IMG/VR virus record: IMGVR_UViG_3300045988_048710
Strand: one strand, 5' to 3'
From: a virus
DNA length: 41,570 nt
Shown here: piece by piece, positions 6,592-13,193 of the stretch
Layout of the letters: each line of letters starts with the position of its first letter
How positions within the stretch are numbered: the first letter of the stretch is position 1
The notes under the pieces: model-generated
What the model saw: the letters and a program-made list of their open reading frames with translations, nothing else
What the model was told of the DNA's origin: nothing
Databases searched by the model: none
Position numbers and translations under genes: made by a program

Positions 6592-7614
6592 ATGAAAGTA
6601 ACGAAATTACCAAGCGGAAATTATAGATGTCGCGTATACGTAGGGAAGGACGCTTCCGGGAAAAAGAGGTGGAAGTCGATCACCGGACCGGACAAGAAGA
6701 GGGTAGTGCTGGAAGCCAGTAAATTTTCCGTAGAGCGGGACGCAAGCGCTCCCGTCGTTGATACTGCATCCTTCAAGCACGCAGCCGACACGTTTTTGGG
6801 CTCCCACGAGTCTGTGCTGAGCCCTTCGACCTATCGAGCATATAAATGCTTTCTGAGGATCTACGAGAGCAAATTGCCCCTATTCTGCGAGAAATCCATA
6901 TATACCATTTCTACTGCGGATCTGCAAATGGTCGTGGACTTCTTCGTGCGGCAAGGCCTGAAGCCGAAAACCATCCGGAATTACTACGGTTTCGTGTCTG
7001 CGGTCCTTGTCAATGCCGGGATCAATGTCCGGCCCCCAAGACTTCCGCAGAAGGAACGCCCGGAAATTTACATACCGGATGAGGCTACCGTGCGGAAGCT
7101 CCTCCAGCTTGTAGAAGGAACAGAACTGGAGATCCCCGTCCTGCTGGCAGCGTTCGGCCCGCTCCGTCGTGGAGAAATCTGTGCCTTGTCGATGGATGAC
7201 ATCAAAGACGGAATATGCCATGTTCATCACGATCTCGCGCAGAACGCAGACGGAGAGTGGGTGGTTAAAGCCCCAAAGACCTACTCTTCCGACAGATACA
7301 TTGAGCTTCCTGCCTTCGTGGTAGATACAATCAATCGGAACGGTTCCATCACAAGTCTTACTCCGGATCAGATTTCGTGGAAGTTTTCCGACGTCTTGGA
7401 GCAGAACGGTCTTCCACATTTCCGGTTCCACTCTCTCAGGCATTTCTGCATCAGCTACCTGCACAGCATCGGTATCCCGGATGTGTATATCATGCAGAGA
7501 TCCGGGCACTCTACGGCGACCGTACTCCGGGCCGTCTACACGCATACTCTGCAGGACCGTTCAAAGACAGAGACGGAAAAAATCCTCGGGAAGTTTTCCT
7601 CTTTCAGAGAGTAA
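6592..7614 (+). CDS. int: Tyrosine integrase (phage integrase family)
   Basis: N-terminal arm-binding-type MKVTKLPSGNYRCRVYVGKDASGKKRW. Catalytic LRRGEI, FRFHSLRHF and GHSTATVLRAVYTH give the R..HxxR..Y signature. Confidence 0.9.
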   Translation: MKVTKLPSGNYRCRVYVGKDASGKKRWKSITGPDKKRVVLEASKFSVERDASAPVVDTASFKHAADTFLGSHESVLSPSTYRAYKCFLRIYESKLPLFCEKSIYTISTADLQMVVDFFVRQGLKPKTIRNYYGFVSAVLVNAGINVRPPRLPQKERPEIYIPDEATVRKLLQLVEGTELEIPVLLAAFGPLRRGEICALSMDDIKDGICHVHHDLAQNADGEWVVKAPKTYSSDRYIELPAFVVDTINRNGSITSLTPDQISWKFSDVLEQNGLPHFRFHSLRHFCISYLHSIGIPDVYIMQRSGHSTATVLRAVYTHTLQDRSKTETEKILGKFSSFRE

Positions 7615-7640
7615 TTTCGTGTCAACTTTTCGTGTCAACT
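7615..7640 (+). repeat. attP arm-type repeat pair (TTTCGTGTCAACT x2)
   Basis: Tandem 13-bp units at 7615-7627 and 7628-7640, immediately after the int stop. Confidence 0.6.
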
Positions 7641-7702
7641 CTGCCGCTAAAACGGTGCTTTTTTCGCTATAATCGTAGCGTTTTCGATACGGCCTGAGCA
7701 CT

Positions 7703-7748
7703 GAAAACCCCCGTAAATTCAAGGTTTTCTTGAACTTACGGGGTTTTC
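7703..7748. terminator. Long imperfect hairpin between int and the attP core
   Basis: gaaaacccccgtaaattcaag / cttgaacttacggggttttc form a stem of about 19 bp with one mismatch and one bulge. An A-run and a T-run lie at the stem ends. Confidence 0.5.
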
Positions 7749-7755
7749 TCATTCA

Positions 7756-7780
7756 CTGGGCTAGTAGGATTCGAACCTCA
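7756..7780 (-). other. attP core: 3' end fragment of a tRNA gene (T-loop plus acceptor 3' strand)
   Basis: The - strand reads GAGGTTCGAATCCTACTAGCCCAG. It has the GGTTCGAATCC T-loop signature, then TAGCCCA-G, reminiscent of Firmicutes tRNA-Gln ends (from memory). No D or anticodon arm lies upstream, so it is not a full tRNA. Confidence 0.6.
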
Positions 7781-7822
7781 TTGGTTTACATTAAAAACGT
7801 TGAAAGAAAAGGATTTTTCACA

Positions 7823-7848
7823 CTCCGTGTCAACTCTCCGTGTCAACT
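7823..7848 (+). repeat. attP arm-type repeat pair (CTCCGTGTCAACT x2)
   Basis: Tandem 13-bp units at 7823-7835 and 7836-7848, with the same CGTGTCAACT core and orientation as 7615-7640. Confidence 0.6.
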
Positions 7849-7851
7849 CCA

Positions 7852-8022
7852 TCAGAAGTGCTTCGCTTGCCGGATCTCCTCCATGACTTCATTATACTTC
7901 TCTGGATGTAGAAATTTGATTTCGTCCATGAGGGATCCGACGATCTCCAGAAACTCCGGAAGATCAATATCGGAGCATGCTGATATAAATTCGTTGCTTG
8001 ACTTAACCTCCGGAAGCTTCAT
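7852..8022 (-). CDS. Hypothetical small protein (56 aa), last gene of the accessory operon
   Basis: ATG 8022 after AAGGAG, one nt after the upstream stop. MKLPEVKSSNEFISACSDIDLPEF. Confidence 0.5.
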   Translation of the reverse strand: MKLPEVKSSNEFISACSDIDLPEFLEIVGSLMDEIKFLHPEKYNEVMEEIRQAKHF

Positions 8023-8023
8023 T

Positions 8024-8332
8024 CTACATCTCCTTATAGATTGACTGATAAGTCTTTGCGGCTGCAATTGCTTCAATCTGCTTCTTCTCTGCGTAGCTGC
8101 AGATCTCCTGCATAGCTTCACTGAAGCATCCCTCTTCTTTCTTCTTCTCAATCACCTTGCTAAGAGCTTCGTGCAGCCTTGTAGCGTGTGTTCCTTCCTC
8201 TGCACTGATGGTTGCAAGGGTCGATGCGACTCCCGGCATCTTCTCCTTCAGTGCTGCCGCCCACTTCGCATAGTGCTTCATATCCTCGATCTCTTCGTCG
8301 ATCTGGTCGAGGAATGCATTGATCTGATCCAT
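8024..8332 (-). CDS. Hypothetical helical protein (102 aa), possibly a ferritin-like four-helix bundle
   Basis: GGAGGG RBS. EEIEDMKHYAKWA and AEEGTHATRLHEAL (ExxH) suggest a ferritin-like half-site, but this is weak. Confidence 0.55.
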   Translation of the reverse strand: MDQINAFLDQIDEEIEDMKHYAKWAAALKEKMPGVASTLATISAEEGTHATRLHEALSKVIEKKKEEGCFSEAMQEICSYAEKKQIEAIAAAKTYQSIYKEM

Positions 8333-8341
8333 ATGCCCTCC

Positions 8342-8791
8342 TTATGCCAGTTTGACGATGCATCCGGATACAAGGTTTACCGTTCCGGCTGCTGCGCCCT
8401 CTGCGCCTATGAGGAGCTGGATCCGCGTAGGTTCCTGACAGCAGCACGTAGCCAGGTATCGGACCGTCCCTGTTTCCATGACGGAATCCCCGACTGCAAG
8501 GGTCTGCGTCCTCTTTGTTTCCTGCAGAGGAATGCCGTTCTTCGCCATCTGGAGCGATACATCTCCTGCCGCTGTCGCATTGATGTTGACGGCGAATTCG
8601 ATCTGGTAGAGACCGCCGTGCTCAATCTCGATTGCAGCGGGCAGGACCTTGACGGAGGCTCCGGTGTCGGTGACTTCCGATCCAAGCAGGTTGAGCGCTG
8701 CCACAGCGCTTCCGATAGTCTGCGCAGCAGTGTTGTAGAACTGCGCAGAGGATTTATAGTGTGGGTTTTTAAGACAGTTACAATTTGCCAT
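8342..8791 (-). CDS. C1q/TNF-like (BclA C-terminal domain-like) protein with CCC motif
   Basis: The GGLYQIEFAVNINATAAGDVSLQMAKNGIPL...TVNLVSGCIVKLA pattern resembles the BclA C-terminal jelly-roll. N-terminal MANCNCLKN and internal ATCCCQEP are Cys clusters. Confidence 0.45.
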   Translation of the reverse strand: MANCNCLKNPHYKSSAQFYNTAAQTIGSAVAALNLLGSEVTDTGASVKVLPAAIEIEHGGLYQIEFAVNINATAAGDVSLQMAKNGIPLQETKRTQTLAVGDSVMETGTVRYLATCCCQEPTRIQLLIGAEGAAAGTVNLVSGCIVKLA

Positions 8792-8845
8792 TGTGTATTA
8801 CCTCGTATGAAAGACCCCGCCGCCATACAGCGGCAGGGCGTACAG

Positions 8846-9451
8846 TTAGTTGTAGTTTCCGCAGCACGGAGACGGGTTGTACGGATACACTCCGTATGCG
8901 TAGGGATTCGTTCTCGGAATCCCGCACATTGCCGCCTGAAGCTGAAGCTGATTGATCTGGTTCTGCATGTCAGCCATGCGGTTTCCAGCAATCGCATCGA
9001 GCACCTTCTGCACCTGTGCAGTGGTGGTCTGATTGATCGAAGCAGTGTTGATAGCACCCTCGTACTTCACACCATCAATTGCTCTTTGTGTATCGCAGCA
9101 ACACTTCTGCATGTCCGTGAAGCCAGCATTAACCGCTGTTTCAAGATCTCTGATCTCTCCAAGCGTGTTATAGTTGGCATCCTTGACAGCTCCGGTCGTG
9201 TCATACACGCCCTGACGGACTGCATCCGTGATCTCGTTGTTCTGTCTTTCGAGCGCCGCAAAATCGGTCGATCTCTGGACATCTCCAACGGTTGCGCCAC
9301 GATCTCCGGTTTTCCCGCCGAAAAGACCGCCACCGCCACCGATTGCGAGCAGGATCAGCAGTGCAAAGATCCACATACCGCCGCCGCAACCACCGGCACC
9401 TTCATTTCCCATAACGGCTGCCATATCAGCCGGGGACATTGTTCCATCCAT
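8846..9451 (-). CDS. Membrane-anchored Cys-rich protein (201 aa)
   Basis: GGAGG RBS. TM segment GMWIFALLILLAIGGGGGLFGG, then a Q/N/T-rich helical region with KCCCDTQ and a C-terminal YPYNPSPCCGNYN. Confidence 0.6.
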   Translation of the reverse strand: MDGTMSPADMAAVMGNEGAGGCGGGMWIFALLILLAIGGGGGLFGGKTGDRGATVGDVQRSTDFAALERQNNEITDAVRQGVYDTTGAVKDANYNTLGEIRDLETAVNAGFTDMQKCCCDTQRAIDGVKYEGAINTASINQTTTAQVQKVLDAIAGNRMADMQNQINQLQLQAAMCGIPRTNPYAYGVYPYNPSPCCGNYN

Positions 9452-9518
9452 AATTTACCTCCTTATGTCATGGAATCCGGGCCGATAAGACCGTTTATAA
9501 GATAGAAGTCTGCGCAGA

Positions 9519-9767
9519 CTATCTAAACAATTTACTCAGGGTTTGTAGGATACCGCCCCTGTTTTCTTTTAAAGGTGTGAGAATTATGTCAGGGTCAATT
9601 CCCATCTCGCGGCATTTGTTGTAAAATGCTTTCTGAGGGCCGTATAGTTTGGCTTCTCTCAGTGCCTCCTGCAGTATGCCGGGGTTATTCTGGATCTGTG
9701 ATATCAGCTCTTCCGGTGTTTTCTCCGGATTTCTGGGCTTCCTGTCTGGAAATAGCGTGCTGGACAT
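9519..9767 (-). CDS. Hypothetical protein (82 aa)
   Basis: ATG 9767 lies 9 nt after AAGGAGGG. It overlaps the 3' end of the upstream ORF by 83 nt in another frame. Confidence 0.5.
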   Translation of the reverse strand: MSSTLFPDRKPRNPEKTPEELISQIQNNPGILQEALREAKLYGPQKAFYNKCREMGIDPDIILTPLKENRGGILQTLSKLFR

Positions 9768-10062
9768 CTGCAAGTTCCCTCCTTAAGGCGTCAAACTCAT
9801 TCCTCGTAATCGTGTCGCTGGGAGTCTCTACTTTTACAAGATCGAAGGTGTATCGGATCTTCGGTCTTCCGGTTATCTCTCCGACATTTGAGACAATGTA
9901 TACACGGTCCTGCTCATCATCAAATACCGCCGCTGTCGTTTCTGGCGGAAGATTGACCTGCTCCGCACCGCTTGCACCGGTGCATCGAAGCAACTCATTC
10001 TGCTGTCGCATCGCCCCGTAGTACGGATACATCGGATACCCATTCATCATATTTCTTGACAT
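9685..10062 (-). CDS. Hypothetical protein (125 aa), first gene of the accessory operon
   Basis: ATG 10062 after GGGAGGTGAG. MSRNMMNGYPMYPYYGAMRQQNE, with a Tyr/Pro/Met-rich N-terminus. Confidence 0.6.
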   Translation of the reverse strand: MSRNMMNGYPMYPYYGAMRQQNELLRCTGASGAEQVNLPPETTAAVFDDEQDRVYIVSNVGEITGRPKIRYTFDLVKVETPSDTITRNEFDALRRELADVQHAISRQEAQKSGENTGRADITDPE

Positions 10063-10087
10063 AATTCTCACCTCCCAAAAATAATTT

Positions 10088-10150
10088 TATGCATTAAAAT
10101 TGCATACGTCTTTTGTGGTTTTTTCTTAAAAACACCAAATCTTTTTGGTG
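10088..10150. promoter_or_regulatory. Divergent control region with two perfect inverted repeats
   Basis: TATGCA-N7-TGCATA (10088-10106) and CACCAAA-N4-TTTGGTG (10133-10150), between the - strand operon start and the + strand XRE gene. Confidence 0.45.
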
Positions 10151-10179
10151 CTCAACCAAAATAGGAGGAAAAAATAGGA

Positions 10180-10755
10180 ATGAGTAGGCGAATATCTGAT
10201 AATCTTGTATCTGTTTTGCACGAGTCGCGTGTTTTGTCTGGGACCACGCAGAAAACTTTAGCTGATTCTTTGCATAAATCAGTCGCGACGATTCAGTACT
10301 GGGAGACCGGTACAGTGCAGCCGCCGTTCTGGGCTGTCGTGGAATGGATCGAGACATGCGGATATAATCCTCTTCGCTTCTACTTAAATTACCTGTATCC
10401 GGACAAGTTCAAGCATATCTGGAGCGACGATCCGCAGAAACTTCGCAGTGCCATAGCAGAGTATTATCTTTCTGCTGCTCCGGATTCTGAAGTTAAGAAG
10501 ATGGCATACAGCATCTTCGGGCCAACCGGCTCCTCATGGCAGGGACAGGTGGATGAAATCTGCGCCGGGAATCAGTTGCCGATCAGTGCCCGGATTGATG
10601 TTGCAGAGGTCATATACTCGAAGTATTGCATGGCAAGAGATACCGGGACCATTCTGCATCCCGATATGGTGCAGCCTGATATGGACAATCTGAGATCCTC
10701 GATTGATGCATGTAAGAAAGCAGTGATAGATGGCCACACGGAATATTGCGCATAA
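10180..10755 (+). CDS. XRE-family HTH regulator with an uncharacterised C-terminal domain (191 aa)
   Basis: LSGTTQKTLADSLHKSVATIQYWETGTVQP is an HTH. It is one of only two + strand coding blocks, the other being the lysogeny module. Divergent from the accessory operon. Confidence 0.7.
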   Translation: MSRRISDNLVSVLHESRVLSGTTQKTLADSLHKSVATIQYWETGTVQPPFWAVVEWIETCGYNPLRFYLNYLYPDKFKHIWSDDPQKLRSAIAEYYLSAAPDSEVKKMAYSIFGPTGSSWQGQVDEICAGNQLPISARIDVAEVIYSKYCMARDTGTILHPDMVQPDMDNLRSSIDACKKAVIDGHTEYCA

Positions 10756-10758
10756 AAA

Positions 10759-10814
10759 GAGCGCCCCGGAGGAATGAGGGCGCTCATAAACCGCAGCATG
10801 TGCTGCGCGGTTTT
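10759..10814. terminator. Convergent terminator pair (late operon end / XRE gene end)
   Basis: gagcgccc-N11-gggcgctc with an A-run upstream gives a T-run on the - strand. ccgcagca-tg-tgctgcgcgg followed by tttt serves the + strand. Confidence 0.6.
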
Positions 10815-10927
10815 CAGTTGTGATTGTGCCATCCGGTTATCGCCGCGATGGCACATATCGCTCCAAGAATTCCGATGCCAATTGTTGTTACGGCAAGGAG
10901 CGATATCGTACAGATGATTTCTGACAT
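10814..10927 (-). CDS. 37-aa hydrophobic peptide after the endolysin, not in the ORF track
   Basis: My translation is MSEIICTISLLAVTTIGIGILGAICAIAAITGWHNHN. The ATG overlaps the endolysin stop by 1 nt. Confidence 0.4.
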   Translation of the reverse strand: MSEIICTISLLAVTTIGIGILGAICAIAAITGWHNHN

Positions 10928-11625
10928 CATTTCTTTATGTAATCGAGGCACACCCAACCGCCAATATTGGTAAGCTTGCCCCAGCCGCCTTTCTCAGCTT
11001 CAATGCTCACGACCATGCCAGCAGGGAGCCGGAAGTCCTGATCTCCGATCTTCATCACAGGATTCTCTGTCCCTGCTCCGGTCCTTACATTCAGATAGCT
11101 GCTGACCTTGACGATCCCTGCGTACTGCTTCACTTTTCGTGCCTCTTCCTTTCCAGATCCTTTGTACCGGAGGGCCTTCTGCCATCCTTTTGAGTAGACA
11201 TAGTAGCTCCGGACGCAAATCTCACGCCCCGTCTGGTCTCCGGTCTTGCCTCCGGTTGCACGTCCTCTCTCGTTGATGCTTGCGTGGACGATCTGACCAT
11301 TTCCGATGTACATTGCGACGTGGTACTGTTCGTTCAGCAGGATGTCGCCTCTGCAGAGCCCGGCCCCTGTTGCAAAGTCCACAGTGGATGTGACATCCCG
11401 GAAGCCGTTCTTCAGCATCGCCTGTCGCATGTTCCCCGTATAGGTGGCCCCTGCCTTAACCAGTGGCACTCCTGCCTGATCCCATGCTGTAATCAGAAAC
11501 GAGGAACAGTCATAATCGGGCCCCCATCTCTTTGTCTGGTCGTATCCATGAGAAGGATCCTTCGCGATCTTGAGGGCCCACTGTATAGCTTTATCTATTG
11601 TCATTGCTGCCATTGTTGCCGTCAT
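10927..11625 (-). CDS. Endolysin: NlpC/P60-type peptidase domain plus C-terminal SH3-like binding domain
   Basis: GPDYDCSSFLITAW (Cys) and QYHVAMYIGNGQIVHAS (His) are NlpC/P60-like. The C-terminal GIVKVSSYLNVRTGAGTENPV...GGWGKL...GWV is SH3_3-like. ATG 11625 after AGAGGGAAAGG. Confidence 0.8.
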   Translation of the reverse strand: MTATMAAMTIDKAIQWALKIAKDPSHGYDQTKRWGPDYDCSSFLITAWDQAGVPLVKAGATYTGNMRQAMLKNGFRDVTSTVDFATGAGLCRGDILLNEQYHVAMYIGNGQIVHASINERGRATGGKTGDQTGREICVRSYYVYSKGWQKALRYKGSGKEEARKVKQYAGIVKVSSYLNVRTGAGTENPVMKIGDQDFRLPAGMVVSIEAEKGGWGKLTNIGGWVCLDYIKK

Positions 11626-11941
11626 ATGCCTTTCCCTCTGCAATATGCATTCCCTTTACTGCAGCCTCGATTAGTACGCGGATCTGTTCCTGTGTTACCG
11701 AAATATTATTTTTAGCGCACCAATCAGCAATGAGCTCTATAGCCTTGGCTCTTCGTTCATCTCCGGTCTTCTGCCAGAAGAGCTGCTGCACAGCATATAC
11801 TGCCTGCCTGACATAATTCTCAAGCTGCTCCGTCTTCGTAGCTCCGACCTTCTGCCGGATCCAAGGGAGCAGATAGCCGCAAAGCAGAAACCCTGCAAGC
11901 ATCAGCGCCAGCCTGACAATTTCCATTACCATCTCATCCAT
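11591..11941 (-). CDS. Holin, LL-H-like
   Basis: An N-terminal TM (IVRLALMLAGFLLCGYLLPWI) is followed by AVYAVQQLF...GDERRAKAIELI...ISVTQEQIRVLIEAAV, typical of LL-H family holins. Directly upstream of the endolysin. Confidence 0.6.
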   Translation of the reverse strand: MDEMVMEIVRLALMLAGFLLCGYLLPWIRQKVGATKTEQLENYVRQAVYAVQQLFWQKTGDERRAKAIELIADWCAKNNISVTQEQIRVLIEAAVKGMHIAEGKAYDGNNGSNDNR

Positions 11942-12218
11942 TTCCTTCATCCTCACTTTCTACCGGATCCAATCCGGCCTTAAAATCTTCGAGGCGCTGC
12001 TTCTTCTCCTGCCTCGTCTCGAAGAAGCTCTTCAAAAAGTACCCAAGGCCCACGCCAAGGATGCAGCCCACCCATTTCTCGCCAAGCTCCTCGTAACCTT
12101 CTACGCCAAGCATCGCCAGAAGGTACGGCATCATACCGCCCACGAGCCCAGCGATCAGCATCACTGTCACCCATCTTTTGGTATAGGTAGCCTTACTCCT
12201 GATGTGTCTTCTCTTCAT
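11934..12218 (-). CDS. Two-TM membrane protein (holin-like)
   Basis: WVTVMLIAGLVGGMMPYLLAML and WVGCILGVGLGYFLKSF segments with a charged C-terminus. Confidence 0.5.
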   Translation of the reverse strand: MKRRHIRSKATYTKRWVTVMLIAGLVGGMMPYLLAMLGVEGYEELGEKWVGCILGVGLGYFLKSFFETRQEKKQRLEDFKAGLDPVESEDEGNG

Positions 12219-12495
12219 GAGCTTCCCCCTTTACCTCATCAATCGCTCTCCATGCTGCCTTGATCGACTGCTGCATCTTGATGATGTTGTCATGGTCCTC
12301 ACGCTGCATCTTGTCAGATGCTTCCTGCCTCCCCTTCATTTCTGTCATTATGGTCAAAAGGTTGTCGATCTTGAGAGTGAGAGTCGTTATGTCAGAAGTG
12401 CTTTCCTTGATGCTGTTTTTGTTCGCTACATAAACGGAGAGAAAAAGCGCTGCACACGTGCAGACAAGAGAAATCCAATCCTTCGATACCATCAT
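12193..12495 (-). CDS. N-terminally anchored coiled-coil protein of the lysis cassette
   Basis: A TM (WISLVCTCAALFLSVYVA) is followed by a heptad-like region. Confidence 0.5.
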   Translation of the reverse strand: MMVSKDWISLVCTCAALFLSVYVANKNSIKESTSDITTLTLKIDNLLTIMTEMKGRQEASDKMQREDHDNIIKMQQSIKAAWRAIDEVKGEAHEEKTHQE

Positions 12496-12500
12496 TCACC

Positions 12501-13127
12501 TCATGCAATTACTGCAGTTTCTTTCTTTCTATCCCCAAGGTACGCAATTCCTGTCAGCGGGACGTTTACAAGGAGTGATCCGTCATAGGAAAATGTCTGA
12601 TCCCCCATGATAATTCGCAGAGGATACGGGTTTGGAAGCGCCGACTGCTTCGTCAGCTCCTCGATTTTCGCAACAGCCTCCGTTGCTCTGGACAAAATAT
12701 CCCGGAATCCGGACAGATCATCATCACTTGCATAATCATCTTCGTTGTAGAGCTCATTTCTTGTGAGCAAATAGTTTTCGAAGGAAGAGATGCTCTCGTT
12801 CGCGGCCGACTGCAGAGTGATTGTCATCGTCACCTGCCCGGAAGTGGATGTCAGCGCCGGTGGGACCGTATACACTACTTCGTTGATGTTCTTTCCGTCA
12901 GAGTCTTGCGATACAGATGCATTATCGTAGATGACTTTCCCGTCTGGCTTGACGGCCTTGATCGACACGATGGCTACGCCTGATGTATCGAAAGGCCTGC
13001 CCTGATTCATCAGGATAAACCGCAGCACGCGAGAATTCGCATCATTCTGCATGACAAGGACTGTATTTGTTTTTGACGGCCTCGCAAAGTCGACGACCAT
13101 ATCGTAAACAACATTCATAGGTTCCAT
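12501..13127 (-). CDS. BppU-N-like tail / receptor-binding accessory protein
   Basis: DANSRVLRFILMNQGRPFDTSGVAIVSIKAVKPDGKVIY resembles the BppU N-terminal domain pattern. Confidence 0.5.
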   Translation of the reverse strand: MEPMNVVYDMVVDFARPSKTNTVLVMQNDANSRVLRFILMNQGRPFDTSGVAIVSIKAVKPDGKVIYDNASVSQDSDGKNINEVVYTVPPALTSTSGQVTMTITLQSAANESISSFENYLLTRNELYNEDDYASDDDLSGFRDILSRATEAVAKIEELTKQSALPNPYPLRIIMGDQTFSYDGSLLVNVPLTGIAYLGDRKKETAVIA

Positions 13128-13155
13128 AGGTATTCCCCTTTCTGATTAAGTGTAA

Positions 13156-13188
13156 GAAAAAAGAGGGCGCCTTTATAGGGCACCCTCT
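13156..13188 (-). terminator. Rho-independent terminator after the giant gene (contains motif copy D)
   Basis: The - strand reads AGAGGGTGCC-ctataaa-GGCGCCCTCT followed by TTTTTT. Confidence 0.65.
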
Positions 13189-13193
13189 GCAGG

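Noticed and set aside
7756-7780. Intact tRNA gene
   Set aside because: Only the T-loop and acceptor 3' strand are present. The upstream sequence cannot form the D or anticodon arms, and the T-stem pairs at only 3 of 5 positions. It is treated as an attP core fragment.
7615-7848. Short direct repeats as a CRISPR array
   Set aside because: There are only two pairs of contiguous 13-bp units, with no spacers of CRISPR size and no cas genes. The position next to int fits arm-type sites.
8171-9505. 444-aa + strand ORF spanning several accessory-operon genes
   Set aside because: It is antisense to four well-supported - strand genes with good ribosome-binding sites. The translation is Cys/Arg/Leu/His-rich with no domain-like pattern and no RBS. 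It looks like a shadow ORF produced by codon bias.
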